Assembly (NCBI GenBank): GCA_002269645.1
Contig: NIVC01000980.1
Location: 186,001-250,000, forward strand
Direction of reading: 5' to 3'
Source: Macrostomum lignano
Lineage: Eukaryota
Length of the DNA stretch: 64,000 bases
The first letter of the stretch is position 1. Every line of letters begins with the position of its first letter. The notes beneath the pieces were generated by a model, which searched no databases, had not been told where the DNA came from, and worked only from the letters and a program-made list of their open reading frames with translations. A program made the translations under genes and the position numbers. Shown one piece after another: positions 12,746-25,500 of the stretch.

Positions 12746-13639
12746 AGACAATAGAGATCTGGAAGCAACATTTGTCAACATCTTATACTGGATCTATCAT
12801 TATCACTAATAACAATGAATCTATAACAGAAATAATTTTGTGAACAAACTTTACTAGTATAATACTGTACTATAATATAAATAATAAATAAATGATAATT
12901 TTATAATTATAATGCATATATAACTATTGTAACTATAATGAATAATATAATGTTGTCAATTTTATGGTACATGTTATTAAACAAGATATTAAACATATAC
13001 CAAAGCCCAAAATCACTTTTTGTATATCAACATCCTATATACTAAAAATGAGTTGTCTGTGGGTATGCGATAGATTTCAGAAAAATTGGCTCAACCGATT
13101 TTCTTCAAACTTGCACCATTCGATCAGAAATTTTCCTGGGACGGTACATGCATCTTGGCTAAGAAATTGCTCAATTTTAAAGGGATTAATTATTCGAAAA
13201 ACATGCTTTTTTGCAAAGGTCAAGCAAAATTTTCGACCTGAAATGCATTGTAAAAATGCTAGAGAAAAAACTGACTGACTGCATTTCAATTCTGATAAAG
13301 ATTGCATCACAACAAGTTGAAAACAGTGCCGAAGAAATGCACACACGACTTGAATGAAATTGCGTAACCATATTGCTAACTCAAATTGAGACTGATACTG
13401 GCTGACTGAGAAATTGATTATGTCATAACTTTTTACTCCAATTGACTTGCTGTAAGAATTGAATTATAAGGGCCACAATTCATGTTCTCCAATTGAAAAT
13501 AGATAGCCAAGATGCAAACAGACTGGAATGCTAATGTAGCGACCTGGGTTCGAATCTTAGTAGTGCAAAAAGATTTTTTTTATCAAAACACCTTAAAAAC
13601 ACAAAACTGCTAAACATAATAGAAGCGGAATGTCAAACA

Positions 13640-15600
13640 TAGAAGAGCCACCATGTCAAACATAAAAGAGCCACCATGCCAAACATAAAATAAGCACTAT
13701 GTCAAACATATACGTGACTCCATGTCAACGATTAAAAAGCCACCATGTCAAAACTAAACGAGCCACCACGTCTAACATTTATGTGACTTTATGTCAAACA
13801 TTTAAGTGTCACCATATCAAACATCAAATAGCCACTTTGTCGAACATTAAAGAGCCACCGTGTCAAACATAAAAGAGCCACCATGTTAAACATAGAAGAG
13901 CCACCATGTCAAACATAAAATAGCCACCATGTCAGACATTAAAAAGCCACCGTATCAAACATAAAAGAGCCACCATGTAGAATATTAAAGAGCCACCATG
14001 AAGAACATTAAAGAGCCACCGTGTCAAACATTTGGGAGCCACCATGTCAGACATTAAAAAGCCACCATGTCGAACATAAAAGAGTTACCATGTAGAACAT
14101 TAAAGAGCCACCATTTCAAACAGTAAAGAGCCACCATGTCAAACATTTAGGAGCCACCATGTCAAACATTTAAGAGCCACCATCTCAAACATATATGTGA
14201 CTTTATGTCAAACTTTCAAGAGCCACCATTTCGAACATTAAATAGCCACTTTGTCAAACATTAGAGAGCCGCCATGTCAAACATAAAAGAGTCACCAGGT
14301 TAAACATTTAAGAGCCACCATGTCAAACATTAAAGAGCCACTATGTCAAAACATAAAAATGCCATCATGTCAGACATTAAAAGCCACCGTGTCAAACATA
14401 AAAGAGCCACCAGGTTAAACATTAAAGAGCCACCATGTCAAAAAATAAAGAGCCACCATGTTGAACATAAAAGAGCTACCATGTCAAACATTTAAGAGCT
14501 ACCATGTCAAACATTTAAGAGCTACCATGTCAAACATTTAAGAGCTACCATGTCAAACATTTAAGAGCTACCATGTCAAACATTAAAGAGCCACTATGTC
14601 AAAACATAAAAGTGCCATCATGTCAAACATAAAAGAGCCACCATTTCGAACATTAAAGAGCCATCATTTCAAACAGTAAAGAGCCACCATGTCAAACATA
14701 AAAGAGCCACCATTTCGAACATTAAAGAGCCATCATTTCAAACAGTAAAGAGCCACCATGTCAAACATAAAAGAGCCACCATGTCAAACATTAAAAAGCC
14801 ACTTTGTCTAACATTTAAGAGCCACCATGTCAGACATTAAAAAGCCACCGTATCAAACATAAAAGAGTTACCATGTAGAACATTAAAGAGCCACCATTGT
14901 CCATTTCAAACAGTAAAGAGCCACCATGTCAAACATAAAAGAGCCACCATGTAGAATATTGAAGAGCCACCATGAAGAACATTAAAGAGCAACCATGTCA
15001 AACATTTAAGAGCCACCATGTCAAACATTTAAGAGCCACCATCTCAAACATATTTGTGACTTTATGTCAAACTTTAAAGAGCCACCATTTCGAACATTAA
15101 ATAGCCACTATGTCAAACATTAGAGAGCCGCCGTGTCAAACATAAGGAGCCACCAGGTTAAACATTAAAGAGCCACCATGTCAAACAATAAAGAGCCACC
15201 ATGTAAAACATAAAAGAGCCACCATGTCAGACAATAAAAGCCACCGTGTCAAACATAAAAGAGCCACCAGGTTAAACATTAAAGAGCCACCATGTCAAAC
15301 AATAAAGAGCCACCATGTCAAACATAAAAGAGCTACCATGTCAAACATTTAAGAGCTACCATGTCAAACATTAAAGAGCCACTATGTCAAAACATAATAG
15401 TGCCATCATGTCAAACCTAAAAGAGCCACCATGTCAAACATAAAAGAGCCACCATTTCGAACAGTAAAGAGCCACCATGTCAAGTATAAAAGAGCCACCA
15501 TGTCAACATAAAAGAGCCACCATGTCAAACATTAAAGAGCCACCATGCCAAACATAAAAGATACACAATTTCAAACGTAAAAGTAAGCGAATTTTAAAGG
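13640..15600. repeat. Degenerate ~21-22-bp minisatellite (AAAGAGCCACCATGTCAAACAT)
   Basis: About 2 kb array inside the putative Helitron. Confidence 0.95.
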
Positions 15601-15649
15601 AGCCACTATAATGCTAAGGAAATTGTCGCACTAGCTACTTATTGTCTGG

Positions 15650-16160
15650 TGGATGCTTGCTATTTGGGGATGCTATCTATCTGGGGGAGCTTGCTCTCTG
15701 GAAGATGCTTGCTATCTGGGGGATGCTTGCTATCTGGGGGAAGCTTGCTATCTTGGGGATGCTTGCTTTCTGGGGATCCTTGCTATCTGGGGGGTGCTTG
15801 CTATCTGGGGGATGCTTGCTATCTGGGGGTGCTTGCTACCTTGGGGATGCTTGCTATCTGGGGGATGCTTGCTATTTGGGGGATGGTATCTATCTGGGGG
15901 ATGCTTGCTATTTGGGGGATGGTATCTATCTGGGGATGCTTGCTATCTGGGGGATGCTTGCTATCTGGGGGATGCTTGCTATCTGGGGGATGCTTGCTAT
16001 CTGGGGATGCTTGCTATCTGGGAGATGCTTGCTATCTGGGGGATGCTTGCTATCTGGGGGATGCTTGCTATCTGGGGGATGCTTGCTATCTGGGGGATGC
16101 TTGCTATCTGGGGGATGCTTGCTATCTGGGGGATGCTTGCTATCTGGGGGATGCTTGCTG
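15650..16160. repeat. 18-19-bp minisatellite (GATGCTTGCTATCTGGGGG)
   Basis: Directly visible. Confidence 0.95.
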
Positions 16161-16382
16161 TCTTTTTGCATTGCACTTCATTTAAGTATTTTGTCTGTTT
16201 TCTTTGTGAATGCTTTATTTGGCTATCTTTTTGTTACTTGTAGAGAGCAGATATTCTATACAGATGTCCCCCAACGGGGGGCGAAGATTGCTAGTATATG
16301 CCAAATTTCTTAAGTATACCTTGAAATTTCTGGCATATATGCCTTTTTCCTGACTATGGGCTATAGATATTATAGGCCTAAG

Positions 16383-17075
16383 CCATAGTCAGGAAAGTGG
16401 CCTTTATTGTTGAAATTCTAGTGTGCATTGGCATAGCCAAATATATTTGGCATATATTTGGTGTACATTTGGTCTGCCTTGCAACAGTTGGCATATATTC
16501 AACATATGTTGTATATGCCGCAAATATGTAACATGATGTGTAGAGATGTTCCAAAAGCAAATTTTTTTGTTAAAATCGAAATTGAAATTGAAATTTGCTA
16601 CTTTCTGAAATTGAAATCAAAATTTTCCAAAATTGAAATTCAGAAAAACAAAGTCTAGTACAACCGATACTCAATTTTCTACTTTTGATTTACTGCTCAT
16701 GCAAAACAAAATACATGTATGTTTAGCAGAAGTTTGTTTATTTTCAGCCACTAAATAAGTAGAATCCCTCATTGCCACTTTCAAATGCAAAAAAATTTTT
16801 TGACGCGAAAACCACGTACTAAGTTGTACATGTATAAAATGTACAGATAAAATGTATATATATCACTGGATAACTAGCAATAACTGAGATTGTGTAAATG
16901 ACAATGCATATACATGTATGGTAAATGTACATATATATACTGTAAAATGCGAAAAATATGCAATATTCGGTGTGCATTACGGTATATTTGGCGTACATAT
17001 GGTTACATTTGGGGTATATAGGTAGCCCTGCCCAAATTTCATTCCGGCGTACACATGCCACCTTCCTGACTATGG
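16383..17075. mobile_element. MITE: 19-bp TIRs with 8-bp target-site duplication
   Basis: Left TIR CCATAGTCAGGAAAGTGGC (16383-16401); right TIR GCCACCTTCCTGACTATGG (17057-17075), one mismatch; GGCCTAAG duplicated at 16375-16382 and 17076-17083; no coding capacity. Confidence 0.9.
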
Positions 17076-17102
17076 GGCCTAAGTCTAAGAAAAATTTAAT
17101 TA

Positions 17103-19621
17103 TCTCTACATATAAAAATCAAAACTCTGTCTGTCTGTCTGTCTGTGTGTGGACAATTTTGATCGCTATGGACTCCCAAACCGCTCAACCAAATGACACC
17201 AAACTTTACACCCACCCTAAACTTACTACGGAGAATGTCTTAGGCTACCTTTTAATTTCCTAGACTCAAGTCTTCCTACCTAAAAGTACAAAAAACTGCT
17301 CAAAATGCGCAATTTTTTCACTAAATCCTCCATAGCGCCGCTCCACTTCTACCAATTCTTTTCAAATTTGACACAGACAATTTTCAACTATTTTGACACA
17401 ATCGTGTAAAATTTCAAATCTCAAAGTTAATCCTGAAAGCCACTGTGAACTTTTAAAGTTAGGCTGTGTTTTCAGCATAGCAACCACCCCAACCTCCGCC
17501 CGCCTGCCTCTCTTTCCATTACCGATCTGGGCCCAGATGTGTAAAAGGGTTTCAAAATTGACTAACTTTCAGCTGCCATAAGTTTGCTCCACGTAAATTG
17601 ATTGACTTCAAACTTGACACAATTCTTTATTGATTCATTCTCTATCTAAATGTAAAGTTTCAACTCTGTAACTCAACCGAAAAAGAAACTATAAGCATGT
17701 GAAGTTTGTCTGCTTTTTCTGTTGTTTGTGCCACTCACTCACTCATTCCCCCAGAGCCAGACGAAGGGTCAGGCGATAGGACTGAATGTACATAGCAAAT
17801 GTACAGTGTTTTGGAATAACTTTATTTATAACCTTCTCTGCACCCCGAGAGTGGAGAGGCTACCTTTAGCCATAACAGTTTAGTGAGAAATTCTAACCAC
17901 TGCCCTCCCCTCCCCTCTGTATTGGCAAACTCTGCAGAGTTTAACACTGGATGGCAATTGGCAAATCGAGGGAATCCAGCATGGTTTGTAAGAGCAAAAT
18001 ATTTATGAAAAGGCAATGCGATGCAATGCAATACAACCCTAGGCACACCATGGAAATTTTAGGTTTCTTTTAAAGGTACTGTGTAAATTTTAAATGGCCT
18101 CCTAAGAAATGCGTATTTCCTTGGTTGTTAGACTGATACAGACTGCAGTGGAGCTGAAGATACACAAATTCCTTTCAGGGCTGCAAATTGGCAAGAAAGA
18201 TGACGTGATCAAAGCATGAGAATAACGATGAGAGTAGTTTTTTTATTAAAGGCAGGGGGGTTGTGTGCACCCTGGCGCACTTTAAGGGACATAGGCACAC
18301 AACCGGCGAGAGGCATTACTGCCCATTCCGCCGACTCCCCTGAGAGTGCATGCTTGGGCGCAACCTAGGGATTCACCCGGCCGTTTCTATTGGCAACACA
18401 CACATGTAAGTCGCTATTGGACGGAATAGTAGTCACGTGACTGCTCTCAGCCAATAGCGACTTACATGTGTGTGTTGCCAATAGAAACGGCCGAGTGATT
18501 CCCAAGGTTTCGCATGTATGTGAGAGTGTACAGTGGCCCTACTTTATTTTATCGTTAGGCATGTACACTTCACTGCACCTTGGGGGGTTGGCTCTCAAGG
18601 CCGTTAATTGCACGAGCAGAGCCAAGCCGAAATTCCAATTCGGCCCCAAATTAATGTGACTGCACTTGGAATCGAGCCTGGGTCGCTGGCACACCAGAGC
18701 CTGCGCTAGACTGCTAGGCTACGGCCCCCCCCCCCCCAATGAGAGTAGTACGTCCCACAAACTTGCTTTCGAAGCAGGGATCGGCAGACTTTTATTTCAA
18801 AAGCCAGATAAAGAATCCAGCTTTTGTGCGGACCAGATGAGAGTGGAAAAGAAAAGGAATAGACTATTAGAAGAGAGGAGAGGCGAGAGGGGGATAAGAA
18901 AAAACATGGAAGATATGGATAAGAAGATAAGTGGTGAGCAGAGAGCAGAGAAGAAGGGAGGAAGAAGCGAGAGGAGGGGAGAAAGGAGGGAGAGGAAAGA
19001 GTAAAGGTGAGAAGAGGGGAGAGATGAGACAGAGGATCGATGAGAGGAGAGTAGAGAAGAGTGAGAAGAGAGTAGAGATGAGAGAGCAGAAAGAAGATGA
19101 TAGAGGGTCAAGAGGAGAGGAGAGAGTAGAAAGGATAGAGAAGAGAGAAGATAAGAGGGAGAGAGAGGAGTGAGAAGAGAAGAGATAGAGATCTGAGAGG
19201 GGTGTAGGAAGAGGGGAGAAAGGAGAGATGAGATTGTAGAGATGGGACAAATGAAAGGAGAGATGAGAGAGTAGAGATGAGAGATGAAAAAGGTGAGAGG
19301 AGAGTGCAGAGAGACGAGAGAAGATAATAGAGGAGAGAGTATAGAAGAGGGAAGAGAAAAGAAGAGAAGAGTAAGGAAAGAGAGGAGTCAGAAGAGGTGA
19401 AAGAGAAGAGTACAGAGGAGATAAGTGAAGGAACATATAAGAGAGTAAAAATGACAGATGAGAGAGCAGATGAACAGACGAGAGATGGGAGAGTAGAGAG
19501 AACAGAGGAGAGATTAGAGAAAAGAGATTACAGAGACTAGAGGAGAGAGGAGAGACAGGGAGAGAGAAGAAGAAGTAGGAGAATGAAGAGGGGAGAGAGT
19601 AGAGAGGAGAAGAGATATGGG

Positions 19622-19692
<71 letters not shown>

Positions 19693-20627
19693 GAGCAGAG
19701 AGAAATGAGAAAAGATAAGAGAGAAAAGATAAAAGAAGAGAAAGGAGAGATGAAAGAGCGGACGAGAGAGAAGAGAGGTGAGGGAAGAGACAAGCAACGA
19801 GGGGAGAAAGAAGAGATAAAACAAGAAAAGAGATGAGAGGAAAAATAGAGAAGAAAGAGGTGAGGGAAGAGACGAGAGAAGAGGGGAGAGACGAAAGAGT
19901 AGAGAGGAGAGATGAGAGAGTAGAGGAGAGAGTTAAGATAAGAGAGAAAAGAATAGAGAGGACAAGGAAGAGACGAGAGAAGAAGGGGTCAGAGGAGAGA
20001 GGAGAGGAGGGAGAAAATGAAAAAGTAGAGAGGAGAGAGGAGAGGAGAGAGAAAAGAAGAGGGAAGAGATGAGATAAGAGATATGAAAGAGAAGAAAGAT
20101 AAGGGAATATACGAAAGAAGATGGGAGAGAGGAGAGAGGAGAGCAGAGAGAAAACGAAAAGTAGAAAGGAGAGAGGAGAGGAGAGAGAAAAGAATAGGGA
20201 AGAGATGAGATAAGAGAGATGAAAGAGAAGAGAGATGAGGGAAGATACGAGAGAAGAGAGGAGAGAGGAGAGAAGAGAGAGGAGAGACGAGGGATGAGAG
20301 AGAAGAAAGGAAACAGAAGAGACGATAGAAATTTTAAAGGATCCAAGGGACATAGGGAGAGTCAGGGAGAGGCCAGAGTTTGCCAATACATGTTTTAGAG
20401 TCAGATAGACATTGCCTGGCATTCTGTGGAGTACCCCAGCAAACAATATCAACGTTTGCCTCAAACCCTAATTTTACACGAATGTGCTCCATTTTATGTC
20501 TACCTCTATCCTACGAACTATTAACAAGTTTTTGTTTGTTTATGGCCTTAGATTTCAGAATACATGCAAAAGTAGTTCCGGGGATTGGAATTCCCCGGGT
20601 TCAAAATCCGCGGGTTTCAACAGCTTG
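17103..20627 (+). mobile_element. Possible second non-autonomous Helitron (Lep1-like) with internal palindrome and GA-rich tract
   Basis: 5' A|TCTCTACATATAAAAAT + (CTGT)n + AAACCGCTCAACCAAAT..AAACTT..TAGGCTAC; candidate 3' end GTAGTTCCGGGG..TCCCCGG..CCGCGGG..CAGCTTG|T (CTTG rather than CTAG). 5' end well supported, 3' pairing tentative. Confidence 0.45.
18830..20330. repeat. Purine-rich (GA) low-complexity tract with pure (AG)n at ~19625-19690
   Basis: Directly visible. Confidence 0.95.
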
Positions 20628-22559
20628 TAACAATATAATACTCTACTAATAAGGCTATCTTCTTGAATCGTTCGTTTAATTCCAACCCCGACCCCCCACC
20701 ACCCTTGAATAGAGGGCAAAATAATTCCGGAAATAATTAAACGAACAATTCGAGAAGATTGCCACTAATAAACATATCTTGATATCTATAGGCCTAGCAT
20801 AAAATAAAAAATTTTTCATTTCAAAACTGCATAAAAACAAAATTGCATCAACTGGGTCTATAATAGAAATAAATAGAAGATAAGGAATGTACATTGTATA
20901 TGGCTACATAGGCCTAGCCTTTAATGAATTAATAATACAATCTGTATACTTTATTAGCCTATTTTTTTTTCTTGATGCTTAGAAACTTATACTAATAACT
21001 AAACTGAAATAGTCTAGGAAATATATCAATTAGACATTGAATTGAGCTTAGGCCAGGCTGCCAGCTAGCCAGGGGCTTAGGGTCAAGTTATCATTTCTAA
21101 GCCATAATTTAAACTATAACTGTAACACTAAAGCTATAAACACAATCTCGAGTTACTAGTTGCTAAAGCCTAAAATAAAAAGAAAGCAAGGCATGTGGCT
21201 TTCATGCCAGCTTCATCAGCCTCTAAAAAATTTAAGGCATGTTACACGTATAAAGTCACTAGACAAAATAAAACAGCTAGCTACTGTACTGGGTCTGGGT
21301 GGTGGTAACTGGTTACTACAATCTACAAACTGTGCACAAAAACTTAGTTTTGGGTGCAAATTCCAAGTTCAAGAATTACGTAAAAGAAAATCACGCTATA
21401 ATTGCGCACATATCAAGTCAAGGCCATGCTCAGCCAGGAGTTCTTATCTCTCAATTCTTCGGATTGTCGGTAGATCTATCCTCAAATACCCCACGTAACG
21501 AGCTGAAATATTGTTGTACAGTACAGGTATTGTAAGTTCTTTGAAATTGACTTACGTTAACAAAAATATCGACACAATTCTTCAAAAACCTTAGAAATAT
21601 ATAGCAATCAAAATCAAACCGATTTAAATAGTTTTTTTTCTGCTATTTACATTCACTAACCAATTTTTTTTAATTTTTCTCTAATTTCGTGCTTTCAATT
21701 TTGACATAGCCATTTCCTGAGGATTTATTTTCGACACCTCTGAGGGTTGCTAGAATATCACTCACGTCTCGTGTTTTACTTCGTGCCTATAAGCTGTAAC
21801 CTACTATAATATTTAAACGTGCGAAAGCTTTTTACAGCATCATATGCCGATTAAAAAATTCTTTCACATTTCTGTCTTTTTCATATTTTTAATGTTAATT
21901 TACCATCTATCAGGTATAAGGGCATCATTATTATTCTCTTATTTTTTAAGCTGCAAATTGAATTGTGATAATTTAGTACCTAATACCTAAATAGTAAAAT
22001 ATTAAATTATAAAAAACATAAAGGATGAGAGTTGAGAGCCTAGCATTTCCTAACATTTTACATGAAATCCAATTATTTTTATTAAGCCTTTTTGTACTTA
22101 TTACTTTTAATTTAGGCATCAGCAATTAGTAATATTATGTATTGCTTGTTTTATATTCCCTTTATGGTTTTAATAGTAGAAATACAATGTGTTATATGCT
22201 TCTTGAATTTTGTGTGCTTGAAGTTGACAATGCAGTAACCAAACCCCACTAGAACTTTTTTTGGCCTAGTTTACTAATTTGTCTTGCACCATGTTTTAAG
22301 CTAGGGTAAAATCTTGTAGAGTTCCAGCCAGTTTTTTTTCAATGGAATAACCAGAATTTTTCTATCAGAATACTTTTTTATAATTTTTGCTTTACGGTTT
22401 TGATGCTTGGCCTACTAGAAGTCATGGTGGATAATATTCGATTTTCAACAAAAAACTAATAAATTAGAGATGAAATAGATATTATGCACAATTGCATCGC
22501 TTCATGCAAAAATACTGAGCTCAACTCGGTAATAAATTTTGATTGTTGGCAAAACCAAC

Positions 22560-25500
22560 ATGGCAGACATCACTGGTCACCTAATCTGGTACAAGCTGGG
22601 CGAGGCCTGGGCCAGTGCCGACATTCTTGACATCATCTTTCTCGGCTGGTGCGCCTTCGGGCTGGCCGTCGTCCTGCTGGCCGCGCTGCTGCCAAACAGG
22701 GACTGCTGGTCCGGGACCGCGCTGGCCCTGGTACTCAGCTGGCTGGCCTGGGTGAGACAGTTATCTGTGCGCTGAGCTGCATTTTCTCCTGAGTTACCCT
22801 TGAGATAGGGACTAATTACTCTTAAATCATAAGGCTGTTTTATTCATGGCTCATTGTGTAAGACTCAGTTATAATATACTGTAGTCCTATTTAGGTCGGG
22901 AGGAGATTCTTCTTTGTCAAAATTCAGGTCCTTAGGGAAGACTCGGGGTCTTAGGAAGAACTCAGATTTCGTGAGTTACTTACAGAGGACACTGAGGATT
23001 CATGAGACACTCAGATGATTCATGAGACACTCTTACAGAGGACACTGAGGATCATGAGACACTTACAGAGGACACTGATGATTTATGAGACACTCAGATG
23101 ATTCATGAGACACTCAGATGATTCATGAGACACTCAGATGATTCATGAGACACTCAGATGATTCATGAGACACTCAGATGATTTATGAGACACTCAGATG
23201 ATTCATGAGACACTCAGATGATTCATGAGACACTCAGATGATTCATGAGACACTCAGATGATTCATGAGACACTCAGATGATTCATGAGACACTCAGATG
23301 ATTCATGAGACACTCAGATGATTCATGAGACACTCAGATGATTCATGAGACACTCAGATGATTCATGAGACACTCAGATGATTCATGAGACACTCAGATG
23401 ATTCATGAGACACTCAGATGATTCATGAGACACTCAGATGATTCATGAGACACTCAGATGATTCATGAGACACTCAGATGATTCATGAGACACTCAGATG
23501 ATTCATGAGACACTCAGATGATTCATGAGACACTCAGATGATTCATGAGACACTCAGATGATTCATGAGACACTCAGATGATTCATGAGACACTCAGATG
23601 ATTCATGAGACACTCTTACAGAGGACACTGAGGATTCATGGACACTCTTACAGAGGACACTGATGATTCATGAGACACTCTTACAGAGGACACTGAGGAT
23701 TCATGAGACACTCTTACAGAGGACACTGAGGATTCATGAGACACTCTTACAGAGGACACTGAGGATTCATGAGACACTCAGATGATTTATGAGACACTCA
23801 GATGATTCATGAGACACTCAGATGATTCATGAGACACTCAGATGATTCATGAGACACTCTTACAGAGGACACTGAGGATTCATGGGACACTCTTACAGAG
23901 GACACTGATGATTCATGAGACACTCTTACAGAGGACACTGAGGATTCATGAGACACTCTTACAGAGGACACTGAGGATTCATGGGACACTCTTACAGAGG
24001 ACACTGATGATTCATGAGACACTCTTACAGAGGACACTGAGGATTCATGAGACACTCTTACAGAGGACACTGAGGATTCATGAGACACTCTTACAGAGGA
24101 CACTGAGGATTCATGAGACACTCAGATGATTCATGAGACACTCAGATGATTCATGAGACACTCAGATGATTCATGAGACACTCAGAGGATTCATGAGACA
24201 CTCTTACAGAGGACACTAAGGATTCATGAGACACTCAGATGATTCATGAGACACTCAGAGGATTCATGAGACACTCTTACAGAGGACACTAAGGATTCAT
24301 GAGACACTCAGATGATTCATGAGACACTCAGATGATTCATGAGACACTCTTACAGAGGACACTGAGGATTCATGAGACAGTCTTACAGAGGACACTGATG
24401 ATTCATGAGACACTTACAGAGGACACTGAGGATTCATGAGACAGTCTTACAGAGGACACTGATGATTCATGAGACAGTCTTACAGAGGACACTGATGATT
24501 CATGAGACACTCTTACAGAGGACACTGAGGATTCATGAGACACTCTTACAGAGGACACTGCGGATTCATGAGACACTCTTACAGAGGACACTGAGGATTC
24601 ATGAGACACTCTTACAGAGGACACTGAGGATTCATGAGACACTCTTACAGAGGACACTGAGGATTCATGAGACACTCTTACAGAGGAGATACTCCCAGCT
24701 GAGAAGTCGAGACCCAACATCTACCCTCATCATCCGATCTCAAGGCGCGCGCTTTCTATCGCCGGTTGGGCCGGACTGGCTCAAACGCGTCACCGATGAC
24801 AACCGGAGCTGACGGCTTGACAACTGCCGCGGCAGATGGCGAAACCTGTCGCTGGTTAAACACCCTGGTCACGTGGTACTTTCTCAACCGGGGCGCCGTT
24901 GATCAAACTGACGGCAGCGGCGGAGGTGGAGACGACTTCGTAAACGCTTGGCTTAGGGCGCTCAATCAGGCAATGGAGAGGCGCGAGGGACCTAAAGAGA
25001 AGGTTAGTAGAATATTAATGTCAGATTTTTTCGGGGAAAGAATTATAGAACAATGGAACTGAGCGGTTACTGACACGCAGTGACGTCCCTGACACTTAAA
25101 GTGTCGTCCCTTACACCCTGTCCCTGACATCCCTGACATCTGACAAGTGTCGTCCCTTACACCCTGTCCCTGACATCCCTGACATCTGACAAGTGTCGTC
25201 CTTTATACCCTGTCCCTGGCATCCCTGACATCTGACAAGTGTCGTCCCTTATACCCTGTCCCTGGCATCCCTGACATCTGACAAGTGTCGTCCCTTACAC
25301 CCTGTCCCTGACATCCCTGACAGCTGACAAGTGTCGTCCCTTACACCCTGTCCCTGACATCCCTGACATCTGACAAGTGTCGTCCCTTACACCCTGTCTC
25401 TGGCATCCCTGACATCTGACAAGTGTCGTCCCTTATACCCTGTCCCTGGCATCCCTGACATCTGACAAGTGTCGTCCCTTATACCCTGTCCCTGGCATCC

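Larger units (their letters stand above)
13033..16294 (+). mobile_element. Probable non-autonomous Helitron carrying two minisatellite arrays
   Basis: 5' A|TCCTATATACTAAAA followed by the AACCGATTT..AAA(C)TT(G)G/C block typical of Lep1/HINE-like elements; 3' hairpin CCCCC-AAC-GGGGG (16268-16280) then CTAG|T at 16291-16295; sits between A and T. That the two ends belong to one element is inferred. Confidence 0.6.
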
